A DNA stretch of 63,292 nt, filler included, from Bigelowiella natans CCMP2755 (Eukaryota > Protista > Cercozoa), in NCBI GenBank assembly GCA_000320545.1. It is 9 parts of 9 records of this genome, joined end to end, with 100 filler letters (N's around TTAATTAATTAA, not from the genome) between each part and the next. Parts side by side here need not be neighbours in the genome. Positions count along the whole stretch, not along the records: positions 1 to 7,744 come from ADNK01002718.1; positions 7,845 to 14,443 come from ADNK01000958.1; 7 more parts are not named here. One strand, given 5' to 3'. Shown here piece after piece: positions 1-12,975 of this stretch. Each line of letters begins with the position of its first letter. Within the stretch, counting starts at the first letter, position 1. The notes beneath the pieces are model-generated. The model made no database searches. It was not told the DNA's origin and saw only the letters and a program-made list of their open reading frames with translations. The position numbers and the translations under genes are program-made.

Positions 1-57
1 TAGCTCGTCGAATGAAAACACGAGGGCTAACGCGTCTAGTCTCAGTCTCATCCTCGG

Positions 58-288
58 GTCATCCCCAAGCACTTCGATGACTTCGAGGAGAATTGGGGCG
101 AGATCCGCGCCGCTTTCTTTGAGAGCACCTGGAGGTAGTTGAAAAGGCGTGCGAGGCGCTTAATTCAAAAACATCCGGGGGGGAGATCAGCGGAGGAGTA
201 ACAGGAGGACCTTTCGATTCGAACGGGAGACTCCCAACCAAACAGTTTGTTCAGATGTACGATAAGGTCTATCAGTTGTGTACAAAAG
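58..288 (+). CDS. Possible cullin N-terminal fragment (frameshifted near 120)
   Basis: Frame 1 gives DFEENWGEIRAAFF. Frame 3 gives EHLEVVEK...KQFVQMYDKVYQLCTK, followed by a GT donor at 289. Both resemble the first cullin repeat (FEE.W..I / Y..VY..CT). No downstream cullin exons seen. Confidence 0.35.
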
Positions 289-366
289 GTACGCAACCGC
301 TAACACATAGCACTTTGAGGGGATGACCCCCACAGTCATTAGCCCTCCAGCTCCACACCATCATTT

Positions 367-398
<32 letters not shown>

Positions 399-411
399 TA
401 TCGCTCCGCAG

Positions 412-514
412 AAATTCGGAGAATCGCGCGGCCTCCCTGTGAAAGTGCAGGTGTTGCGGGCCGGGCATGAAAGCATACAACTGGAGATCGAAACCCCAAG
501 AGAAGGTGCAAAAT

Positions 515-546
<32 letters not shown>

Positions 547-953
547 CTACTACTACTACTACTACTACTACAGGGAAAAAAAAAGACCGAGGGAAGAAGA
601 TTCTTGCGGAAAATCAAAGAAAGTAGACGAAGGGCGGTGGGAATTCCGCCGACCTTCCGCCGATATTCCGCCGACATTCTTTCTTTCTCACCAGCGCTGT
701 GATGCTCACTCCGTGATCGATTTGTTGACCTTCGGCGTAATGCAGGTGGGCTAGGTTTGGGGCTGCGGCCGCGGATACTGAGAGAATACGCCAAGCGAAC
801 CCCCCCCTCAGAAGCGCTGGCACGGACCAATGCGGGGTTTATCCGGCTGTGTAATTTGATCCGGTCGCAGTTCCTGGGGGCCATTGAACAGCCGAGCGAG
901 GCTCGTCTCTCGGGGCCTGTTGGTACTAGTGATGATTATGATGTTTATATGCA

Positions 954-989
<36 letters not shown>

Positions 990-1423
990 ACATTTATTGC
1001 TATTTAGTGGTATATTTGATAGCAAGCGGCGCACACCGAGCGAGATGCACCGCAGGATATGCGATGTGAGACCATGCCAATTCGATGCGTGCAGGTATTG
1101 CGAAGATGGGGAACGAATACGCGGAGGCGGGTGGGTTGTACGGCGTGCTCCTGTTCGCCGCTCTGCTGAACATCAACCTAGCGGCAGTCAATGCGCTGCC
1201 AATCCCCGGGCTCGACGGCGGGCAGCTTGCCTTCCTGCTCATCGAGACGGCGGCTGGCAAGCGTCTGAACCGGAAACTTCTGGCCGGGATCAACGTCGCG
1301 TTCCAGCTCTCCCTGTTTGCGCTGGCGCTCAGCGTGTTTGGGAGCGAGATTGGGAAGTCGCTCGGCGACCTTATCGCTGCAAGCTCCGCAATGGAGGGTG
1401 GCTCGGGTGTAGGCGGACGGTAG
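412..1423 (+). CDS. Membrane zinc metalloprotease, RseP/site-2 protease (M50) family, 3' exons (412-505, 746-922, 1095-1423)
   Basis: Spliced at GT-AG sites it reads PVKVQVLRAG...(PDZ end)...LSGPVGIAK...LNINLAAVNALPIPGLDGGQL, containing the NxxPxxxLDG motif of M50 proteases. The HExxH N-terminus is not in the window. Confidence 0.85.
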
Positions 1424-1564
1424 TAGTACGAGGACTTAGAAACAGCCGCGCTTATGCTGTTTCTGCTCGTCTACTTCCCGTAGTCATGTTAAGGGTTATA
1501 TGGGAATCATATTGATGTACAGTCTTTACAAGTGTAAAAATAACACAAACACACACACATATAG

Positions 1565-1619
<55 letters not shown>

Positions 1620-1758
1620 GATATATGTGTGTGTGTGTGTGTGTGTTTTTTACTCATTTAGAGTGTGTGTGTGTGTCTATTCCACAAATAAACCATCTCG
1701 TACGTGGGCGGGGGGGGGAGGGCGAGAGAGCCCTGTCTAATGTGTGCGCATGTATATT

Positions 1759-1806
<48 letters not shown>

Positions 1807-4800
1807 ACCTTGCGATGGTGTGTGGTCACTATCACTTGCTTCTGATAGAGTCATTACAGTCCACAAATGCTAGCACCATTTCGCCACCTGTTCTCGATCG
1901 AGTCGTCCTTTTGTTAGGTCACGACGTTATAAAACAAAAGAAATAGCGCGATCGACAACACATTCATGCAGCATGGATGGTGGGTGCGGCTTATTGTACA
2001 TGCATGTACATGTGTACATTGTGCATGTAAGCGTGCATTTTTTCATGCAACGTGCGTGTGTGCACATATGCATGGTCGCGTGTACGATTCGGCACGTGAT
2101 GTGAGCACAAGTAGCTCGGGGCCATGATGCGAGGTAGCGCATCGATGCGATTACAGACGATGTGACAGACGCGCATCAGCATTATTATTCGCATTGCATG
2201 TGATACAAAGCGGCGTGAAGTTTATCTTCTCGTCGCAGTGTGTATATGTAGTGGCATTACAATGGCATCGCTTGTAGCGGTCTAGCGTTGTTTTTGCCTT
2301 GAGAGCATGCGATGCCATGGGTCCTGATGAATTGCATATATTGCATATCTGTGACACCATATCTAGATATACATGATGATGTGTTTCTATTTTATGTTCC
2401 GTTTCTTTAGCGAAGAGAGCGCGTCGTATTATACAGAAGTCAGCAATAAAATGCGATGTCACACCAATATGCTGCTCGCGTGTACTCGCAATATGACAAC
2501 AGCGACTTGCGCAGCAGTAGCTGCACAAAGCTAGAAAGGCACAGCACATCATTGCAAGAATAAGCACCTTCTCCGCTTATATTCGTGTCGTACATGCAAT
2601 AAGCAAGCAAGACGACTGCGAATCTACCTACGCTATAGGCGTGGACGCGCAAACACAATCAGTGTGCATTGCATACATGTGCCGTACGTATGCTGCTATA
2701 GCGCACGTGTGAATGATGTGATTACTGGAGCCTATCACGAAACACAACATTTGGCGCATGTGTAAGACATGAGAAGCTATATAGCAGCGGCGCACATCAT
2801 CCTCGCATGCCATTCACCTCGGTAACGGCCTCGGCACTGGCAACCTCATATCCTCTTTACGTAAATCTCAACGTTATTTAGTTGCAGCAAACGGCGGGCC
2901 TGCTTCTTCCGCTTGGCGTCATTCTCCGTCAATTCGCCGTCGCCAGCCCTTCTACCTGCCCCAGCACGGAGCTCTACCTCATCAGGACGATGTGCCGCTG
3001 CAGAGGCAGGAGAGACCCCGAACTCCACGCGCGCCGCCGCCGACGAGTGGGGCACCTTCGAGTCGACCCGCAGGAAATGGCTGGGATAAAATAAACACCA
3101 GCGATGAGAAATTGCTCCCGGTCATAAATGCCCCCAAACAACAAGAGAACTAGCGCTTATACCTCATGCTTTCTTCCGAGGCGCTGTCCAGCGCCGTTGG
3201 ACGTATGGCCTTGAGCCAGACATATCTTCCATCGACCTTGCAGTACGCCGTGACGGCTTGCAAACGAGAGGCGGCGGCCATTGAAGCAGCCTCCGAATAG
3301 AGAAGCTGAAGAGGCAGCGCAGTGGCATGTCAGTTAGCACAGTTAGGAGAGGGTTGAACGGTTCATTCTCCTCCGCTCCCTCCCTGTCTCTCCTCAAAAT
3401 GAATCTCGGGGAATATCGACTCCTTTCGCTCACGATCGTAGATTTTATAAAAAAAGATCCCCGGTTATGGCAAATCGGGTTTATGATATTCTTGGAAAAA
3501 CCCCTTTCACTACCTCGGCCTTGATGTTCAAATAAGAATGCTCTGGTAGATTCGTTATCCTATAAATGAAGGGGGCGGGGGATTCGGTTTATTCAAATAC
3601 AAGACAATGAAACACCACCGCACACACTAAAGAGCCTGTTCAAAATATTTGCTTGATTGCCAAAATCCCAAGACTTTAATAGCGAAAAGCACATTGTACA
3701 ATCGCACAGCGCAGCGGCCACAAAACGACTGCAAAGCCCACACATCGGCAAACGTTACGTTCTTTCCGGGCCTTCGTCGCTGTCAAATCCATAGAAGTGC
3801 TTCTGCAGTACCCAGTCAGATCTACTACGATGACCAGAAGATACTTCGAGGAACGACTGGGGGGGAGGAGCCTTTTGCACATCGGAAGATAGAGATAACA
3901 TAGATTCAGCATGATGCTTTTTATCTTACGGGTAAAAACTCAATCTGATTAACATCGTCATAAAGCAAGAGCCTCCAGCCCATCCCGCCATCTATTTTTG
4001 TTATGGGGACATGCATTCACGCACCGAGGTGTATATCACTTCTCCTGTTACGTTAAGTTCTCCACGAATCTCCTAATGAATATACATTTCTTCGTAAAAT
4101 GACAATGGTAGTAATAGTGACTGTATGTGATAGCGATTAGAACAAATGTTGGCTGTTGATCCGCGTGCGGTTTTCTGCCGCATTGGAGTCAGAAACACGT
4201 TTGATGTTACACGGTATTACGTCGTCTTATAACGCACGGCAGTGAGCCCATCAAGCCGAATAATGAAATGTATGAAATCGTGTAAGTAGTAGTTATTCAG
4301 CTCTTCTATCATTTAGTGCTCACAATAGCTTTGTGTTTGCCAGGCCCTTCAATATTAGCGACACTGATGCCTTGCGAGGCGATGGAAAGGCCGGAATTTC
4401 TCATCGAATCCGCGGATACTGTTTCCGACGAAGAGAACTTCTGTAAAGGTTATAGATCATGAGCACGTGTACGAATGTTTGACGTGGTTTCGCTGTTATC
4501 ATAGTCAGCGCAAATGAGTCCATGCTGATTACCGTAGACTGGATTTGGCCAGCTTGCGCGTCAGCTCCAACGACGCTGAGCGATGTAGTTGAATACAGCG
4601 CCGGCACCTCTAAGTCATTCGCAAATTTAAGAACTGAGCGACTTTCCGCGGATAGCGAGAGTACACCGAGAATAACCACTGCTTGCATAATCACTGGCAA
4701 GGCAATGTGCCTGCTAACAGCAGGTCTCGCTTTTGTTCCCGCAATTATTTGTGGTTCCAGGAGGGGGGGGGGGCAGACGAACTCGAAATTTAAAATTTCG

Positions 4801-4951
4801 AACTGCCCGAATTCGCGAAAAGATAAAATCTAAAAAAATCCCTGAAATGCCCTTCATTTACGTAAATAACTCGGTACATCGGCTTGATAGAACTCAAAAT
4901 TCCCACTGTTGTCACGATGAGCAAATGGCATGATTTTGCACGGGTCGACTA

Positions 4952-5660
4952 ACCGGGAACGCTGCCAGAGATTCGCTCATTCGCAATGCTCCACTCTTGG
5001 TTGCGTCTTCGCACGCTGCCAAGTGTCTTGCAAGCACTTTGGAAGTGCAGTTTGTCATCATTGTTCATCGTTCATCGTTCATTGCTCTGCTGCAAATCAT
5101 TGTTCACTGTTGCAAACGCTTGTGAGACGGATGTGCATCGTCACACACATCCATGTGGTTCTTGCGCACGCAGTCCGTCTAGCAGTTTTGTTGCGTGCAT
5201 CGATCAATGCCCAGTTCAAATTTCAGTGTTCAGTGCTGCCAACGCCGCGTGCGTTCTTTCGATTCCTGGCTTTGAGAGTCAAGGCGACGGTGGGAACCAA
5301 CTCCATCAAGCTAGCGAGGCAGCGGGTGGGCGGCATTTTGCGCGTGTGTGTTTTGCCTGGTTTCGCCGGAGACAGACCTGATTGCACGATCGCGATGAGC
5401 AGTTCACAGGTCTGGAGGTGTTTTGAATCAGACTCAGTTCAACAATCACTTGATCATCTTCCTCCGCTTGCTTGCCAGCTTGCCCAGCTAGCCAGCGGCT
5501 TTCCAGCACTGAACAAATGCAACTGAAGCACTCTGTGTGGGCGGGGAAAACAGTGAGTGTGCGGGCTAGCTAGCTAGCGGGCTCGAAAAAAGAAGCTCTT
5601 GAGCATCCACCATCAAGGGCAAAGCAGCGCACGTTCACTCATTGCATCGTCTCTGATCCT
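4952..5660. other. TpA-depleted (hypermutated) island 1
   Basis: By eye the only TA dinucleotides are six CTAG (5179, 5311, 5488 and the GCTAGCTAGCTAGC at about 5565). A partly depleted, CTAG-rich flank runs to about 6062. Confidence 0.85.
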
Positions 5661-6393
5661 GATAAAGTGTGACCCTCCTGACAAGCATCGATCGACACAA
5701 GAGCATGCACACCGCGTCATTGTGTCCGCATTGTCGATTTCACAATGACGACGACGCTGCAGCAAAATGAGCGTGTGCGTGCTCAAGGCAGCACCGACCA
5801 CGCTGCATGGCCACGCTGTAGTTTCAAGTTGTTCCTGTGTGCGCAACGCGCACACATGTATGCTATAATGCATGTGTCTCGATGTTGCTTCTGTGCGTTG
5901 TTCGGTGGCCCTCGCGATTAGGGAGTCTGGGCCAACTAGCCAACGACATGTGCGTGCTAGCGTGCTTTATCTTGATTCATGCGCACATGCCTAGATGCGC
6001 ACAAAGGCATTGCATGTCCTGCTAGACTTCTTCGCAAACATTGCCCAAGCCTAGCTAGCTAGCACTTTTCATCTGGCGGTTTCGATCCCAATGATGTACG
6101 TTTCACAATTGGTAGCAACAGCGTTTCTTTCACATTTCTCTTTGTCTAGTTTTCTCTCCCAGCTCTCTAGCTCCCCCTCCTCCTCGTCCTCCTCGTGTTC
6201 TCTAATTTTCTTTGCTTTCCATCTAATGCACTTTGTATTGATCGTGAAGACCCATTTGGCATTTACCTCTTTCATCATCAACATCGAACCATTCTTGTCG
6301 CTTTCACCACTCATCCGAAACCAATCATTCTTTCTTCTTCTTCTTCTTCTTCTTCTTCATTCACGGGGCTTAGTCAGCAGCATCGCCATCTTC

Positions 6394-7150
6394 TTATGTG
6401 TGGCGAAGATAATTTGTACCGTACCTGAAAGACACACATACGTCATACCAAAAGTACACATACACGATGTATTTAATATTTATATAAAACATAAAATGGA
6501 AACACCATCGCAACACAAGCAACCAACAAGAACCACGCGCTTGTTCTCCATAAACAACCCGGATTAATTACACAGCACAATGCAGCAGCGAAAAAGTTAA
6601 GAATCGCCTAACTCCGCCATTGCTGCAGCTCTAATTCGGCGAATGGGTTGTCATCATGTTAGTATTGCATGGGCATGGCGACTCGTTACTTGGCGATGTA
6701 CGGCATTGCAGATTCTGCCATATCGAAATCCGGGTCGAGCTCCCTGATAAGACCCTCTGAGATCTGCAGTGAGTGGCGAACATATGAGTTGATTAATGGA
6801 GGGTGGCAGCCTCCTCTTCTTCCCCTCGCTCCGCGAGATCGGTGTTGTATTGTTTGTATCCGATGTGCACCGCAACTTATTTTTCGAATGGCACTAATAC
6901 TATCGTCGTCATCATTATCATCATCATCATCGTCGGCACTGTGGTTAGCTTTAATTCTTACGTTCATTTTAGCCCCCCTTCCCTTCCCTTCCCTCCCATT
7001 TTTTTTTTTTTTTTTTTTTCTCCCCCCCCCCCCCCCCCCCTTCAAACTCACCGCCATCGACATCAGCGTGACGGAAACGTCACTTCGCATTGTCAGCTTG
7101 TGCTTGTTCAGCGCAAAGAACAACTGACCCATTATGTCGCCAACGATGAT
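6394..7150 (-). CDS. ABC1/UbiB-family atypical kinase, 3' exons (7150-7052, 6763 to about 6690, 6424-6394)
   Basis: Spliced translation IIVGDIMGQLFFALNKHKLTMRSDVSVTLMSMA|ISEGLIRELDPDFDMAESAMPYIAK|YGTNYLRHT* matches the ABC1K C-terminal EG..R.LDP.FD....PY motif. Canonical GT-AG sites. Confidence 0.7.
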
Positions 7151-7396
7151 CTAGGAATTGATGAACGTAACACACCAACACCAGGAAAAGATCATTACAG
7201 GAGAATTGGAGTAATTATCTCTCTCTCTCTCTCTCTCTCTGTGCCGATGAACATGTGGGTGGAAGGTCTGTCAATTTCAATGATTTGAGGATGAAAGAAA
7301 CCCTGCGACAAGGCATATTGCACAATTTGTTCCTTTTCTTCCTCCTCTTCGGAGAATGGCAAGCGGCTCGCAACAGAACTCAATAGCATTACAAAC

Positions 7397-7744
7397 ATGT
7401 CCTCTTCAAGCCAAGTAATTAACCAGCCCATCGATGCCTTCTACAATGTTAAGAAGTGCGTGGGAGACGGTACCAGCGCATCTGTTTACATTGCCAAAGA
7501 TACTAAAACCGGAGAAGTGGTTGCCATAAAGCACTTTTCCGAGGACATATTAAATTCTCCATATACCTTCCACCGCGAGAGATCTGCGATGAATCTCGTC
7601 TCCCATCGAAATGTCGCCAAATGTATTGCATCCTTTGCTGATTGGAAAGGTGCTCCTGCTATTGTGCTACCATATGCCCAAAATGGGGATCTACTTGATT
7701 TCATGATAAAACACGGACCCCCCTCCGAGAAAATGTGTAGGACT
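7397..7744 (+). CDS. Ser/Thr protein kinase (CAMK-like), N-lobe, truncated by contig end
   Basis: Gly-rich loop VGDGTSASV, VAIK motif, HRNV, and hinge PYAQNGDLLDF. Confidence 0.85.
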
Positions 7745-7844
7745 NNNNNNNNNNNNNNNNNNNNNNNNNNNNNNNNNNNNNNNNNNNNTTAATTAATTAA
7801 NNNNNNNNNNNNNNNNNNNNNNNNNNNNNNNNNNNNNNNNNNNN
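7745..7844. other. Artificial contig spacer (44N-TTAATTAATTAA-44N). Also at 14444-14543, 19737-19836, 34910-35009, 51720-51819, 57123-57222, 59150-59249 and 60336-60435
   Basis: The same 100-bp structure, with a six-frame stop linker, occurs eight times. Confidence 0.97.
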
Positions 7845-8512
7845 TGGACCAGGGATAGAAAATTTTCGGGATATGAACGGGAAGATCGCCCAGGTAGTGA
7901 TGGTCGCCCGCAAACGTTGAGGATGAGGAGGTGGTGGTGGAGGAGGAGGAGGAGGAGGGAAATGAGCTGGAGGCGGAATATGAGGAGCATCAGTTGCTCG
8001 ATGACCGCGAAAGCATACACACGTTGGTATCTATCCTCAAAGCGTACACTCCGCCTGCACACACGCTGCTTCCCCCTCCCCTCACATGTGAGAAGAAGGG
8101 TCAGCAGAAGGGGTTGTCAAAGCTAGCCTCACACATCGTAGACGCACTTCTCAAGCAGGGCCCACGTCTTGAGTTCGCCATGCGGCAGGGAGATTCATAT
8201 CAGGTGCCGTGTGGACATGTGGCGGTGGCATGTAACGTGCAGAGCGCGCGCAAAACCTCTCGACTGATATTGCTTTGTCGTGAAGTCACCTCGCTGCTGT
8301 GCTATTGCGCTCCGTGCCAAACAACTTGTTCTTGTTCTTCCTCTGCTAGGTTGATCTCATTGCTCGAGCCACGTGTGCGGTGGGCGAGTGGGCCGTCGAT
8401 ACCGGGTGGATTTTCCAGCAGGAGGAAGCGCAGAGACGACGAAGAAGACCTGATGAAGATGATGATAATAATGATGAAAAAGCCGTCCAAGGGGATTTAA
8501 CTATGGTTTTTT

Positions 8513-8553
<41 letters not shown>

Positions 8554-8574
8554 CGCACACACGCACATAGCATG

Positions 8575-8619
<45 letters not shown>

Positions 8620-8627
8620 TCTAAATT

Positions 8628-8666
<39 letters not shown>

Positions 8667-9167
8667 GCGTGTGCACGTGTGTGGATCCCATCTAGGCGGG
8701 CAAGCGTCTACTCGTTCAAGTCGAAGCTATATCGAGGTAAAACATGCTCATGTCTGATGCACGAAACACATCCCTATCCCTAGGAGTCTCTCACACACGA
8801 TGTTATTGCTTGCTCCAGCTTCTTTTAAACTAAGTATAGCCACCAAAAAGGAGGGGGGGTGGGATGCAGGGCGATAAGTAGTGCAGCCTGTTTAATACAG
8901 AGAAACACTATCATATATTCAATCGCAAGCCGGATTGCGTGGTAGAGAGACATTCTCTGTGACCGCCATGGAAGATCTCAGTGCGAGGCTGCTTGAGTTA
9001 TTTGTTTTTCCCATTACCATTGTCTTGCTATGGCGCGTGTGCTGACAAAGATACGAGTTGGACGACGAGGTCGCTCTCTTCCCTCTGAACTTCTGGAACC
9101 TCCTCGGAGAAAGAACCCGCATGCTCTCATCGTCGATCAGCAGCAGAGGTGCTATTATTTGTGAGTT

Positions 9168-9231
<64 letters not shown>

Positions 9232-11362
9232 CGTGGGCACCATTCCCAGCTGAGAAGATTTCATTCTGAGAATTCACGTTTGTGTTTTCGGATCTGTTGT
9301 CAGCTCGCAAGACAATCACCGAAGCGTTTGAGGGCTACTTCGATGCGATTGTGAGGCTCCTCGAGCTGCCACCCCCCCCCGAGTTCCGGGACGGCCTTGA
9401 TGATGACCCGAAAATGCGCGCGTCGTTTCGAGATGCCCTCCGCGACGCTTTCGTAGATTGCGAACTTGTATGGCTCCTGCTTTCAAACATGACAACTTGT
9501 GCCGCGGGGGGGAAGGGGTTGGGGGGGAGGTGAATCAGATGTATTCCTAATATATATTCATATTTATGCTCACACCATAGAAGAGTCACTTCCTCCCCCT
9601 TTCTTGCATGTCGTGAGGACCTGTTCATTCCCACTTAAGCGCTGCTGTTTCCGTGGATACGACTCCTAGGTTCTCGGCACCACAGCAGTGGTCAAGAGGC
9701 TGCTCGGGGTCCTTGAAGAGGAAATGGCCGCTCCTCCTGCCATTGCTAGCACTGCAACTGCTGCTGCTGCTGCTGCTGCTGCTGCCTCGAATGATCTGTG
9801 GGTGCTTGATTCTCAACGACGTGCCCGCATAGAGGCCGCAATGTACGGATTAGCCTCCACCCTACTCATCCTGCAGCAGAAGAAGAATGTAAGGGAAATC
9901 GCTGGGAGGGACCATGGTGACGGTGGTGGTGACGCCTTGGAGCTGGGGAAGGAAGGTGGTGACGTGCAGGAAGTGATGAGGCACTTCAAGTTGTTTGGTG
10001 GTGAGGGCAACAACGACGACGAGAGTGATGGCTCCTACCGTGGCGATGGTGATGAAGACATGGCGAATGGAGGCGGTAGTAAGTGGAGTGAGGAGAAGGA
10101 CGTTTCTCTCGCTTCCTCCTCTTCTTCTTCTTCTTCTTCTTCTTCTTTTACCTATTAATTGTCCTCCGTATCATTGGCGGAACAACGCCCAGCGTTGTAC
10201 TGATGATCCCGCGAGAAACCCGACTCTGTAAATTTTTGTCGATTCCCCACGCCAAAGCTCCTACTGCTGCTCCCTGTTTCTGGTCCCAGCGCAAAAAAGC
10301 AAAAGTGGGCATTCACTCACGCGGCATAAGTCACGACACAACCCTAATAAATGGTGGAATGGGGGAGGGGGGAGAGACCATACACCCATGTAGAAAGATA
10401 TGGGGATGGGTGAGAGATCCCTTCTTTCTTCTTTCCCCTGCCCGTACTTCTTCTAAAGCGGACACCTCTGCCCTCCCCCCTCCCCATTCTCAATTCCTTT
10501 GAGTTGTTCTTCACTATCTCGCGTGAGTGAATGCCCCCTTTGCTTTTTGCGCTCCTCTCAGTATCAGACAGCAGCAGTAGCAGCTTCGTCGTTGGAATCG
10601 CCACAATTCTCACCGTCCTCTTCCTCCTCGTCATCATCACTTCCATCGCTGGTCTTGTCCCCCCCCCCTCTCCTGCGAACTATTTTCACGTTCATCCAGC
10701 ATTTCGCTGGGTGTCTGCAGCAGCAGCATCGCCATACCCACGCCACGTTCTACCGGGGCTCTGGATCGAGCTCCCTCCCCCACCCGGCAAAGCGGCAGGG
10801 AGGGGGGGAAGCTGTTACGCGCAGCTGGGGGTTCCTTATAGGGTATCTAGAGGATATGATCCCCACTCTCGATGCAGCCAAAAATCCAGATGTACGTTAT
10901 AGCTTTAGTGGAATTAGTATTATTATTATTATCATTAGTAGTAGTAGTAGTAGTAGTAGTAGATGTTGTAGTAGATGTTGTAGTATAAGGGGGGGGGGGC
11001 GGAGGAGGAGGAGGAGGAGGAGGAGGAGAAGGAGGAGGGTAAATAACACTTCTCCCTCATAAAGTGCTTCTTGCGTATCGTGCTGATGGTTCGCAACACT
11101 CGTCCTCCATTCTGTTTCAAAAAAGGTCTTCGAGTCCCCAGTAAGAGCTGTTTCAGCCGTGGGCGAGGGGATTTCCCAATGCTTTCGGAGAACGGCAAAC
11201 GGCAGTCGCCATCGCGACCGGTACGCAGCGCTCGGGCAGAAATTCATCGACGTTTTCTGGAGCTCTGGCCCCGTCGGAGAGATCTTGCGAGCCCAGACCC
11301 CGCCACGCGCACAGCTCTTGCTGCTGGAACGCGTCGTCGGCATCCTCGCTGCTTTCTCGTTG

Positions 11363-11425
<63 letters not shown>

Positions 11426-12314
11426 TACATATGGACTTTTTCCAGCTAAATATGTTGTTTTTTTATTTGTGTGCGTCGCCGTTTGATGAATGTCCCCTTG
11501 CCTGCTGCAGCCGGTCAATAGGGCGGAGCGAGCGATCTGCGCGTTCCAGAATCTTGAGCTACTCTTCGGGCATGCGCGCCGGCTGCACGGGCAGTACCTA
11601 GACACAGCAGCACGATGCTTCGCCCTGAGCAGCGAGGGTGGTGGGAGTGGGTGGTGGGACGCCAAGGCCGTCGTTGATTTGAGCCAGGTAGTTAGTAGTA
11701 GTAGTGGTAGTAGTAGTAGTAGTAGTGGTAGTAGTAGATATCCATAAAGGCCCGACGAAGACCTCTCGCTCCTGCTGATGCCTTAAGGGTGCTCCAGTCA
11801 GCTCTATGACAGCTCCGCCTCTGACCATTCACACATTTCCTACTATTATTCGCCATGGCTTCTCCTCCTCCCTCCTCGTCCTTTGCGCGCGCGCGCACAC
11901 ACACACACACACACACATCTGCTGCTGCTGCTGCTGCTGCTGCTCACGGCGGCTATTCAGATGAGTCCGCGTGTGCTATTCCACCTCCATTGCATGCTGC
12001 GCGAAGGCCTTCGACTGCTGTTTGACCGTGCGGAAATGGAGGAGATGTACCTACGAGGCGTGACGGTGAACGTGGGGGAGGGGGGCGGGCAAGAGCAGAG
12101 GCAGCGTGAGGAGATCTACTCCGGTAGCAGCAAAATCGTGAATGGGATAACCGGAGCAATCCAGCGCACACTTGTGCTCGGTAAGACTTCACCTTTAGTT
12201 CCAAATAGTTCGATGTTTTGGGTGTGCATCGCCATCGCTGGACCCCATTACATTTTGATTGTGACCGCACATGCGCATGCACAAGTGTACTACTCGTTGC
12301 CTGTACAGAATATA

Positions 12315-12350
<36 letters not shown>

Positions 12351-12508
12351 TAGGGGTGGAGACTTTCAATGCGAACGAATTATGCTCGTTCTCGATAGGT
12401 CAACAATCGCGGCAGCATCAAATACTGAGACTGTTACTGCAAAAATAAATTTAAATGCTATAATATCGTATCTGACAAGTTCGAAGGAATCTTGCATTTC
12501 AGGAAGCG

Positions 12509-12598
<90 letters not shown>

Positions 12599-12790
12599 CA
12601 ATATACACATAGTATATATCAATGAATATACATAAATATTCTCTCCATGCTTGCCAATCCCAGAGACTTTTTCGCTATGCTTCGATCTGCTGTCGCACGG
12701 TCCTTCCGATCATCCAAAATGGTGGCAGCAGCGCCTCGACGGAAACACGACGAGGAGTGACCTGCAGACCTTTGTTTGCCAACAGGTAGC
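7845..12790 (+). CDS. Probable multi-exon hypothetical protein
   Basis: GC-rich open segments bounded by AG/GT (for example about 9050-9150, 9304-9470, 9671-10100, 11511-11687, 11960-12180, 12664-12786) are separated by microsatellite-rich introns. No recognisable domain. Confidence 0.35.
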
Positions 12791-12935
12791 TGCTATCGTT
12801 GCAGAGAAGGGGAGGGGGGGGGGATTGGAGGGGAAGAGATTAGTGATTGTATGGATAATATCCTTCTGATAGAGATTTAAATGAGAAATTGACCATATCA
12901 GCCGCTTGAAATAGCCCAGAAAGCTCACACAACAC

Positions 12936-12975
<40 letters not shown>

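Noticed and set aside
7789-7800. Recurrent TTAATTAATTAA motif
   Set aside because: Artificial linker centred in N runs. Adjacency across these gaps carries no information.
12382-12608. ORFs with poly-YI, CV, HT, ER or LS runs throughout the window
   Set aside because: Translations of intronic (TA)n, (TG)n and (GA)n microsatellites.
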